From an uncultured virus (IMG/VR IMGVR_UViG_3300027973_000060) (lineage: Duplodnaviria > Heunggongvirae > Uroviricota > Caudoviricetes): a stretch of DNA of 64,000 bases. This document shows positions 57,139 through 64,000 of the stretch, piece by piece. Each line of letters begins with the position of its first letter. The stretch's first letter is position 1. The notes below the pieces were generated by a model. It was not told where the DNA came from. It searched no databases and saw nothing but the letters and a program-made list of their open reading frames with translations. Position numbers and translations under genes: made by a program. Location: IMG/VR virus record IMGVR_UViG_3300027973_000060. One strand, written 5' to 3'.

Positions 57139-57552
57139 ATGGGCGGAGGAAAGATGTCACGCAACAAGGGGAAACGCGGTGAACGCGAGGTATCAAGCCT
57201 GCTCAGTGAGGCTGGATGGAAGGCTAGGCGCGCCCAGCAATTCTGCGGGTCTCCGGATGGCGGAGCTAGTGACGTACTGGTCGAATCAGAATTCTGGCCC
57301 TTCCACGTCGAGGTCAAGTACTGCCAGCAAACCAAAATTTACGACTGGATGCAACAGTCTACCAACGATTCAAAAACTGGTAAAACACCTATCGTCTGTC
57401 ATCGAAGAAATCAAACAGGATGGCACGTCACAATGAAATTTAAGGATTGGATCGATTTAGTAAATAATAGTCTTCCGATCGTGTTGCCAGCAGTTACACA
57501 CGCAAAAGACATTCATCAGACTTCACCTCAAATAAACCCAAATAAACCATAA
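57139..57552 (+). CDS. Holliday junction resolvase-like nuclease
   Basis: Homolog of 17687..18100. Confidence 0.75.
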   Translation: MGGGKMSRNKGKRGEREVSSLLSEAGWKARRAQQFCGSPDGGASDVLVESEFWPFHVEVKYCQQTKIYDWMQQSTNDSKTGKTPIVCHRRNQTGWHVTMKFKDWIDLVNNSLPIVLPAVTHAKDIHQTSPQINPNKP

Positions 57553-57566
57553 AGGAGAATACACAT

Positions 57567-58184
57567 ATGGCATTAGTACTAAGCGAGAAAAGCACAAAAG
57601 AAAGACCGATCGTAGAGGCGGGAGCGCATCCTGCAATCTGCTATTCGGTAATTGACATGGGAACCCAAAAGAGCACCTACCAAGGTGAGACGAAGGAGTT
57701 AAAGAAGATCCGGATCGCGTTTGAGATCTGCGACCAGAACGACGACTTCGAGCAAGTAGAGAATGGTAAGGTCACCATCATCAAAAAGCCGTTGGTCTGT
57801 TCCGCGGAGTTTACCGCGTCGATCGGACCGAAGGCGTCGCTTCGGAAGTTCATTGAGGGTTGGCTAGGATCAGCGCTCAACGCGAAGCAACTCGCCTCAT
57901 TCAAGGTGACTGACTTCCTGGGGAAGTCGGCACTACTCAACGTAGTCCACAAGGTTAGCCAAACCTCCGGCAAGACCTACGCTGCGATTGGATCTGCATC
58001 CAAAATGCCTAAAGGCATGGCAGTTCCCGAGCGCGTAAACAATCTTATCTCGTATGAGATTGAGCAAGGCCAGGGTGGCGAGTTTAACAACTTGCCGAAG
58101 TGGCTACAGGAAAAAGTTCTTCTGTCGAAAGAGCTCGGTGGAGTCAAGTCGACCGTAGCGACTGACGACGGAGCACCGTTCTAA
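57567..58184 (+). CDS. Putative ssDNA-binding/replication protein
   Basis: Homolog of 18114..18731. Confidence 0.65.
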   Translation: MALVLSEKSTKERPIVEAGAHPAICYSVIDMGTQKSTYQGETKELKKIRIAFEICDQNDDFEQVENGKVTIIKKPLVCSAEFTASIGPKASLRKFIEGWLGSALNAKQLASFKVTDFLGKSALLNVVHKVSQTSGKTYAAIGSASKMPKGMAVPERVNNLISYEIEQGQGGEFNNLPKWLQEKVLLSKELGGVKSTVATDDGAPF

Positions 58185-59056
58185 TGGCACTGGAACTCTC
58201 TACTTATTCGGAAACGCCGACGAAACTTGTGTCAGCGGAATTTTCCGCGCACTGGTACTCGACTGACGGAGAGGCTTACCACACGGTCCCGGACGCTGAA
58301 GGGCGCGATCGTCCAACAACGCTCCGGGACGTGAGGAAGTTAGCCAAGGAAGGAATTGATCTTCTTCCGTCGGTCACTTCAGTGATGAAAGTGAAGGACG
58401 CTCCACAGCTTAACGCGTGGAAAATATCTCAGTGTCTACTCGCAGCCGACGAGCGCCCAAGACTTCCCGGGGAGTCCCTGGAAGATTGGGCCTCAGTGAT
58501 TGAAGAGTTGAGCAAGGCAGTCACCAAGAAGGCGTCGAACCATGGCACTGCTATGCACGACGTCCAGGAGAGGCTACTACCACTGCTACGCGAGAAGAAG
58601 GAGCCTGTATCCGTAAAGGATATTAAGATCCGGGAAGATCTTGTTCCGTTTGCCGAACACATGGTGAAGTGGATCAACTCCGATGTCGTCAAGGCGCATT
58701 GGGAAGAGAAGGTGCTGGTCGGTGCTGGATACGCTGGGAAGGCGGACGCGCTGATTGATCACTCCGAGTATGGCACATGCCTAATCGATCTGAAGAACAG
58801 ATCGTTCGACCCAGATAAGGTGACAGCATCAAGGCGCCCGGTCTACCCACACGACGCTATGCAGTTAGGGGCATACAGGAAGGCCCTTGGCAAGGAAGTG
58901 CACTGCATGTCAGTGATCCTGTCTTCGAAGACTCCATCTGCTCCGTTTGTTCACAAGTGGAGTGAGCAGGAGTTGGAAGATGGCTGGAGTGCTTTTCAGC
59001 ACTGTCTGGCCCTGTGGTGCTTTGACAAGAAATTCAAACCCAAGGGTGTGGTTTAG
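58184..59056 (+). CDS. RecB/Cas4-like exonuclease
   Basis: Homolog of 18731..19603. Confidence 0.8.
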   Translation: MALELSTYSETPTKLVSAEFSAHWYSTDGEAYHTVPDAEGRDRPTTLRDVRKLAKEGIDLLPSVTSVMKVKDAPQLNAWKISQCLLAADERPRLPGESLEDWASVIEELSKAVTKKASNHGTAMHDVQERLLPLLREKKEPVSVKDIKIREDLVPFAEHMVKWINSDVVKAHWEEKVLVGAGYAGKADALIDHSEYGTCLIDLKNRSFDPDKVTASRRPVYPHDAMQLGAYRKALGKEVHCMSVILSSKTPSAPFVHKWSEQELEDGWSAFQHCLALWCFDKKFKPKGVV

Positions 59057-59073
59057 CAAAAGGAGTAATAAAA

Positions 59074-59232
59074 ATGAAACCAGGACTATACGCAAACATA
59101 CATAAGAAGAGGGCCAGGATTAAGGCTGGCTCAAAAGAAAGAATGAGAAAGCCGGGATCTGAGGGAGCTCCAACTGCAAAAGCATTTGAAAGATCCAAGT
59201 TGACAGCGAAGGAGGTTGGTTATGGCAGATAG
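59074..59232 (+). CDS. Small basic phage protein
   Basis: Homolog of 19621..19779. Confidence 0.75.
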   Translation: MKPGLYANIHKKRARIKAGSKERMRKPGSEGAPTAKAFERSKLTAKEVGYGR

Positions 59233-59599
59233 TACTCAATCAATCATGGAAGCGATCGATTCGCTAGGAACAGCAGTTCGAGAGCTCCAGGAGGGGCTCC
59301 CGGTCAGAGAGCATACAGAACCAACGATCGAAGACGTAGCTACTCATGCGAGCACCGTGATCAGAAAGATCATGAGCCGGGGGTCAAACAAGTCTAGGTT
59401 TGGAGAGTGGTTCCACAAGAATTCGCTCCGCTACAACTCGGACAGGGCAATTGCCCACATGACCCGGGCAATGCAACAGATCGATGGCAACACGTCTTCT
59501 CCGGATGGTTCCGGCGAAACTTGTATCGACCACCTGGAGCGAGCACTGGTTCGGGCCGTGTTTACGCTCTACAAGGCGAAGGAAGGGAAAATACATTAA
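59222..59599 (+). CDS. DUF5664-like protein starting with MADS
   Basis: Homolog of 20043..20414. Confidence 0.45.
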   Translation: MADSTQSIMEAIDSLGTAVRELQEGLPVREHTEPTIEDVATHASTVIRKIMSRGSNKSRFGEWFHKNSLRYNSDRAIAHMTRAMQQIDGNTSSPDGSGETCIDHLERALVRAVFTLYKAKEGKIH

Positions 59600-59730
59600 T
59601 GGCTGGGCGCATCGTTGAGTTGATATTTCTGATTGGGCTAATCACAACTGTCGTGATTGTGCTTGCGCCATTGGTTTGGGTAACCATGATCGCGGTTGAA
59701 AAAATTGACAAAATCCGTGACGACAAATAG
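59599..59730 (+). CDS. Small membrane protein
   Basis: Homolog of 20414..20545. Confidence 0.6.
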   Translation: MAGRIVELIFLIGLITTVVIVLAPLVWVTMIAVEKIDKIRDDK

Positions 59731-59902
59731 CACCAGCATCCATATTGGTCCAAAGACAAAGACCTGGGAGGACCCTCTTGCAGTGTTCCTCCATAAGGAC
59801 GAGTCGACCAGGATGGAGCGCATCATGGAGTATCTGTCATGGGAAAATTATCGACTGCATCAGATCATCCAGAGATTTATGGACGAGAGGAAGTCAACAT
59901 GA
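59717..59902 (+). CDS. Hypothetical protein
   Basis: Homolog of 20532..20717. Confidence 0.55.
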   Translation: MTTNSTSIHIGPKTKTWEDPLAVFLHKDESTRMERIMEYLSWENYRLHQIIQRFMDERKST

Positions 59903-60051
59903 TCTTTGTCCAGTGGGGCGAAAGGTACTACGCGGTGACTTCAAATGGAGATATTTTTGATTCTGGCGGAAAGCTAACGATCATCCCAGAGGGGTTAAAG
60001 AAAGCAATCAAGGAGGCAGGCATTAATGAAGAGGCAAATAGTAACAGTTAG
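59899..60051 (+). CDS. Hypothetical protein
   Basis: Homolog of 20714..20866. Confidence 0.6.
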   Translation: MIFVQWGERYYAVTSNGDIFDSGGKLTIIPEGLKKAIKEAGINEEANSNS

Positions 60052-60670
60052 TTGCCAGTTGCCGGAATGGTTTGAGAAGCATTCCCTGCCAAGGATGGAA
60101 GAATCTTCTAAGCGTTGGGACGCTAATCTTGTGGTCATCAAGCCGGAGAACCCGATCGGACTGCTAGCCAAGATGTCGTTAGTCGACGCGGTGCAGAATT
60201 CTGACAGGACTCTGTTCGTTGACAGCGATGTATTGATTTCGCGCGAGTGTGTAAACCCATTCGAGACTTTCCCTCACGGACACTTCTACGCTTGTGCCGA
60301 CGCTCCTCACGGAGACCAGTTGCATTGGGGCCGGGCGAACGAGATGATCTTATCCCAGGCCATGCTCGGATCGGTCAAGTGGACTCAAGGCTATTTCAAT
60401 ACCGGGGTCATGGTTTGCGACAAGCAACATGCAGGCGCCTGGGCAAATTTCGTGTACGCACCGTTCGCTTTCCCTGAGCAGACTTTCACAAACTACCGGG
60501 CCAGAATGCTCGGTTACTCTATCCGTTTCCTAAGCTGGGAATGGAACGCGATGGAGATCAATACTCCAAAGGACAAGAAACAGTCGGACGGATTCATGCC
60601 ACACGCAGCCGGGATCTACGGAGATGCCAGGGCAAAGTGGATTGAGGAAATGGACAAGGTATTACCATGA
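60026..60670 (+). CDS. GT8-like glycosyltransferase
   Basis: Homolog of 20841..21485. Confidence 0.8.
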   Translation: MKRQIVTVSCQLPEWFEKHSLPRMEESSKRWDANLVVIKPENPIGLLAKMSLVDAVQNSDRTLFVDSDVLISRECVNPFETFPHGHFYACADAPHGDQLHWGRANEMILSQAMLGSVKWTQGYFNTGVMVCDKQHAGAWANFVYAPFAFPEQTFTNYRARMLGYSIRFLSWEWNAMEINTPKDKKQSDGFMPHAAGIYGDARAKWIEEMDKVLP

Positions 60671-61731
60671 GAATATTGACCCTAAAAGATCCCATGATGT
60701 TGGACGATCGGCTCCACCATCCGCACGATTCAATCGTAGTCCCGGATGAAGTCCGCGGGATACCCGGCACACATGCAGACGCGTACACGATACCGTACAG
60801 GGTTGGTTGTGCCTCTGGAGGATATGCTTGCCTGTACCGGGGCGGGGCGATTGGAGATCAGTTCATCGCCATGGGCATTGCCAGGGCAATGCAACACTAC
60901 GAGGGAGACGGAAGGATCGATGTCTACGTTCCCCAACGTCATCTTGGATTGTGGGAAGGATTTGCAGGAGTCAGGGCGCTACCATTAGCACCCACAATCT
61001 CCACCTGGAAGTCGTACAAAGGCCACGTCTGTCTTGACGATATCTTGTCGAAGACCGCACACCTAGACGGAAACGTGTATGACTACGTCTACAGATCCTG
61101 GGGCGTAGAGGTTGACGATCAGTTTAAGAAGCCATACGCAAAGCTGATGGAAAAGGATCAGCATGAACTTGCTACGGTTGGATTTGACGTTGCCGGACCA
61201 TTCCTGCTCTATTCGATCAGTGGATCTAGCCTGTGGAAGAGCTACCCAACATACGAGGCAGGACTATTCATCAAGTCGTTCCTAAAGGAGAATAAGGATT
61301 GGCACGTTGTAGCAGTAGGCCACGACGATCCTCCCCTATCCATCACGCACAACAGGCTAATCAATCTCCAGGGAAGACTGCGCAACGTTAGGTCTCTGCT
61401 ACACCTTGCGGCTCGATGCGACATGGCTGTTTGCCCAGAGTCGGCAGTGATGCACATGACCGCGGTATTCGACGCGCCAACCGTAGGGCTGTACGGACCT
61501 TACGGACCTGAGCACACATCGAAGTACTACAAATATGTGAAGCCAATCTTCCCTAAAGATGTTTGTCCCAACGCCCCATGCTCGGTGTACGAGCAACCCA
61601 AGGACAAATGCAAAGATGCAGTCAACTCGATAAAAGGAGACCCCAAATGGTGCAACGTTCTAAGGTCAATCAAGCCAGAAGATATTCTGGCAAAGACAAA
61701 AGAAATCCAAGCAAACCTAAAGAAAATCTAA
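60667..61731 (+). CDS. GT9 glycosyltransferase
   Basis: Homolog of 21482..22546. Confidence 0.85.
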   Translation: MRILTLKDPMMLDDRLHHPHDSIVVPDEVRGIPGTHADAYTIPYRVGCASGGYACLYRGGAIGDQFIAMGIARAMQHYEGDGRIDVYVPQRHLGLWEGFAGVRALPLAPTISTWKSYKGHVCLDDILSKTAHLDGNVYDYVYRSWGVEVDDQFKKPYAKLMEKDQHELATVGFDVAGPFLLYSISGSSLWKSYPTYEAGLFIKSFLKENKDWHVVAVGHDDPPLSITHNRLINLQGRLRNVRSLLHLAARCDMAVCPESAVMHMTAVFDAPTVGLYGPYGPEHTSKYYKYVKPIFPKDVCPNAPCSVYEQPKDKCKDAVNSIKGDPKWCNVLRSIKPEDILAKTKEIQANLKKI

Positions 61732-61901
61732 TCAGAATTGTTTCTGAGAAGAAAGTTGTCTGCTATGAGTTGGGCCTGGACGTGGACAAGGACGTCTACG
61801 AGGCAATCGCCGAGGCTGGGCGCGTTCATATTGCTAACGACAAGGAAGCACTATTCCAGTACGCACTAAAGACCGCGCTCAAGGAGATGGCAAATGAATA
61901 A
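61647..61901 (+). CDS. Hypothetical protein
   Basis: Homolog of 22462..22722. Confidence 0.55.
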   Translation: MVQRSKVNQARRYSGKDKRNPSKPKENLIRIVSEKKVVCYELGLDVDKDVYEAIAEAGRVHIANDKEALFQYALKTALKEMANE

Positions 61902-62457
61902 CTTCAAACAAAAGATTCTTACGGCAGTGTGTGAGCCGGACGTGTTGACGCAGGGCCAGTGCAATATGATCCGTGATGATGCCGAGGTCATAGGCATGAA
62001 AAGATCTCACGTCATGAAGAAGGATGGCACGACTAGGTCTTCCTACACCAGGACATGTTCATCGTGCTGGGTACCGTTCGCGGAACACTACAAGTGGCTA
62101 TACGAAGTGGTGAGGAATGTCGCTAGCGACCTAAACGAAGAGCACTACAAGTTTGACATCACTGGCATTCAGCAACTGCAGATCCTGCGCTACAGGCCGG
62201 GTCAGTTCTTCCTTCCACACTTCGACTGCTTCGACGGTAGCGACCGCAAGCTAACGATGGTGATCAACCTATCAGATCCATCAGAGTTCCTGGGCGGAGG
62301 GCTTAGGGTTGAGTGCGACTTGCATAACGGAAAAGATGTAAAGAAGCGTGGATCGGCAACGATGTTCCCCGCCTACATCAGGCACCAAGCACTGCCAGTG
62401 TTCTTTGGCTCTAGGTGGGTGCTGGTCGCCTGGCTTACAGGAGGACAGTGGCGATGA
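61894..62457 (+). CDS. 2OG-Fe(II) oxygenase
   Basis: Homolog of 22709..23272. Confidence 0.9.
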   Translation: MNNFKQKILTAVCEPDVLTQGQCNMIRDDAEVIGMKRSHVMKKDGTTRSSYTRTCSSCWVPFAEHYKWLYEVVRNVASDLNEEHYKFDITGIQQLQILRYRPGQFFLPHFDCFDGSDRKLTMVINLSDPSEFLGGGLRVECDLHNGKDVKKRGSATMFPAYIRHQALPVFFGSRWVLVAWLTGGQWR

Positions 62458-62534
62458 GCGATTTCTTTATAATTATGTTTTGGATGGTTGTCTTTGGAGT
62501 ACTTCTCATGTACTGCGACAAGCTGAATAAATGA
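62454..62534 (+). CDS. 26-aa membrane peptide
   Basis: Homolog of 23269..23349. Confidence 0.55.
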   Translation: MSDFFIIMFWMVVFGVLLMYCDKLNK

Positions 62535-62710
62535 GAGCGCTAGCCTGGACTTTTTATTGGATAGGAGACTTGATCTCAAGGACGTTCATGCGGTTTGGAT
62601 ATGGGTATTCGATCTACAACAAGGTCATGAACTGGTCTCTTGGATTCGATAAGGACGAGTCAGTCTGGAAGAAGGTTAAGAACGATTTGCCCCAGAAGAA
62701 GGTCAAATGA
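62531..62710 (+). CDS. Hypothetical protein
   Basis: Homolog of 23346..23525. Confidence 0.6.
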   Translation: MRALAWTFYWIGDLISRTFMRFGYGYSIYNKVMNWSLGFDKDESVWKKVKNDLPQKKVK

Positions 62711-63297
62711 CCCACGCAGCCAGCCTTCCTCGCCACCTATACGTCAAGGTCGACATGGCATTTGTGTCGGACGGTGTGAAGCAGGAGATAGATGACGCTG
62801 TCTGGTTTGGGCTGACTGCGATCCCTGGCCGGGCCTGGGGATGCACGGTTATGCTCAAGTGTGGCGCGATCTACCGCGGACTTCCACTGCATGCCTTGGC
62901 TCATGGAGAGGTAGCTATTGCCGATTGGGATCTGAACGACGCGCAGAGGTGGGATTGTTTTGGGTGGAACTTCACGACGATCGAATACGAATATCTGATG
63001 GGTCTGTCCTGCAGGGTGTGGATCGCTAGCAAGAAGACATGGGAGGTTGGGCGCTACATGTTTACTGCTGAACCTTACGGAGACGGATTCTCCATGGCCC
63101 CGGAGCAGACTAAGTCTCACCACTTCATTAGACTAAACAACGGCAGGATCACTGCTGTCCCGGGCAACAACGTCCTGTGGAACGAGTCGAGCTTCACTAC
63201 CCCAGGCGACAAGCCTAAGTGGCTGCGCGGACAGCGCGAGACCTGGCACGGTGAGGAAGCGACCTGGGACGATGTAGTCGGAGAAGAAACAGCGTAA
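62707..63297 (+). CDS. Conserved hypothetical phage protein
   Basis: Homolog of 23522..24112. Confidence 0.75.
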   Translation: MTHAASLPRHLYVKVDMAFVSDGVKQEIDDAVWFGLTAIPGRAWGCTVMLKCGAIYRGLPLHALAHGEVAIADWDLNDAQRWDCFGWNFTTIEYEYLMGLSCRVWIASKKTWEVGRYMFTAEPYGDGFSMAPEQTKSHHFIRLNNGRITAVPGNNVLWNESSFTTPGDKPKWLRGQRETWHGEEATWDDVVGEETA

Positions 63298-63332
63298 TGT
63301 CGGTAAACAACAAACAGAAAGGAAACTAAACT

Positions 63333-63488
63333 ATGCCACTCGGAAAGAACGTATCGAAGAACATGCGGGAACTGATTAAGGATAATAAGAAGAAAGGCAA
63401 GGAGCGCGGGGCCGGAGGCAAGGCCCGGAGCTTTGAACAGATGGTTGCGATCGCACTTCGTTCAGCTGGCAAGAGCAAGAATCGGTGA
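63333..63488 (+). CDS. Small basic protein
   Basis: Homolog of 24144..24299. Confidence 0.7.
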   Translation: MPLGKNVSKNMRELIKDNKKKGKERGAGGKARSFEQMVAIALRSAGKSKNR

Positions 63489-63727
63489 GCTTGGCGAACA
63501 CCCTCAAATGGCAACGTGATATCCTCGAGGCAACTAAGAGGATGCTCGTTGTCGAGCGCGATAAGGCTGACCACACTCACGCTCCAGGAATCCGGCAGAT
63601 CATTACAAACGTCGACGCGGCCCTGCTGTTCAACAAAGAACTAAGTGAAAATCTACAAGATAACCTCGGTCAAGTTCGGGGCGCTTGTGAAGGATCTTGG
63701 CCTCGCTCCGGGGAACTTGTTCCCTGA
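63485..63727 (+). CDS. Hypothetical protein
   Basis: Homolog of 24296..24541. Confidence 0.55.
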   Translation: MSLANTLKWQRDILEATKRMLVVERDKADHTHAPGIRQIITNVDAALLFNKELSENLQDNLGQVRGACEGSWPRSGELVP

Positions 63728-63896
63728 AGAATTCGGCAACCAAGGAAGAATAATCAACGCGATGCTTTACGATTACTGGCACGGAAATGGATATAAGCTG
63801 GACATGTTGACAGGATGTTTTGTAGAAGATAAGACAACAACCCCAACGAAAGGAACCCCACAATGCAATCCACCAGACTCACAAAAGGAGACCTGA
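63645..63896 (+). CDS. Hypothetical protein
   Basis: Homolog of 24456..24707. Confidence 0.6.
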   Translation: MKIYKITSVKFGALVKDLGLAPGNLFPEEFGNQGRIINAMLYDYWHGNGYKLDMLTGCFVEDKTTTPTKGTPQCNPPDSQKET

Positions 63897-64000
63897 CCGA
63901 AAGGTATAGGCAACTCGCAGGAGAGGTCGTCGTGCAGATGATCTCAGACATTAAACTACTGAATCGCAGAAAGATTCTGTCCGGGCTCGTATCAATAGCC
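63863..64000 (+). CDS. Hypothetical protein (partial, runs off the window)
   Basis: Homolog of 24674..25036. Confidence 0.6.
   Translation, partial: MQSTRLTKGDLTERYRQLAGEVVVQMISDIKLLNRRKILSGLVSIA

Larger units (their letters stand above)
37224..64000 (+). mobile_element. Second, diverged copy of the same phage type (unit B, truncated by window end)
   Basis: Colinear homologs of unit A genes from 1 to ~24.8 kb, with substitutions and module swaps. Confidence 0.92.

Noticed and set aside
1..64000. Stop-codon reassignment
   Set aside because: Standard-code ORFs tile the + strand densely and TAA, TAG and TGA all end genes.

Overview
The window is entirely tailed-phage DNA (podovirus-like gene set, almost all on the + strand). 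It holds two related but diverged copies of one genome in direct head-to-tail tandem. Unit A spans 1-37223 and looks like a full circularly permuted genome; unit B runs from 37224 past the window end. Bases 1-112 are identical to 37224-37335, so this is either an assembly join of two strain variants or a real tandem array. Gene order: small virion genes, tail fibres, tail tube proteins, ejection proteins including a ~2070-aa polyvalent protein, GH108-like lysin, nucleases/SSB, GT8-like, GT9 and 2OG-Fe(II) genes, AAA helicase, a Mom-like DNA adenine-modification gene, a putative origin, terS/terL, holin-spanins, portal, methyltransferase, scaffold and major capsid. I see no integrase, polymerase, reverse transcriptase or CRISPR array. 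Four observations stand out. (1) A 76-nt non-canonical tRNA-Gly(TCC)-like element lies in frame inside the 5' end of the Mom-like gene, possibly a dedicated glycyl donor or regulator. (2) A 73-aa gene is overprinted in the 3' end of the giant ejection gene, with about 18 synonymous changes in its own frame. (3) A hypervariable exported protein on the minus strand shares a CATG start with the lysin. (4) Variable aromatic-rich cassettes sit between conserved short boundary repeats. All functional calls come from motif recognition by eye, not database searches.
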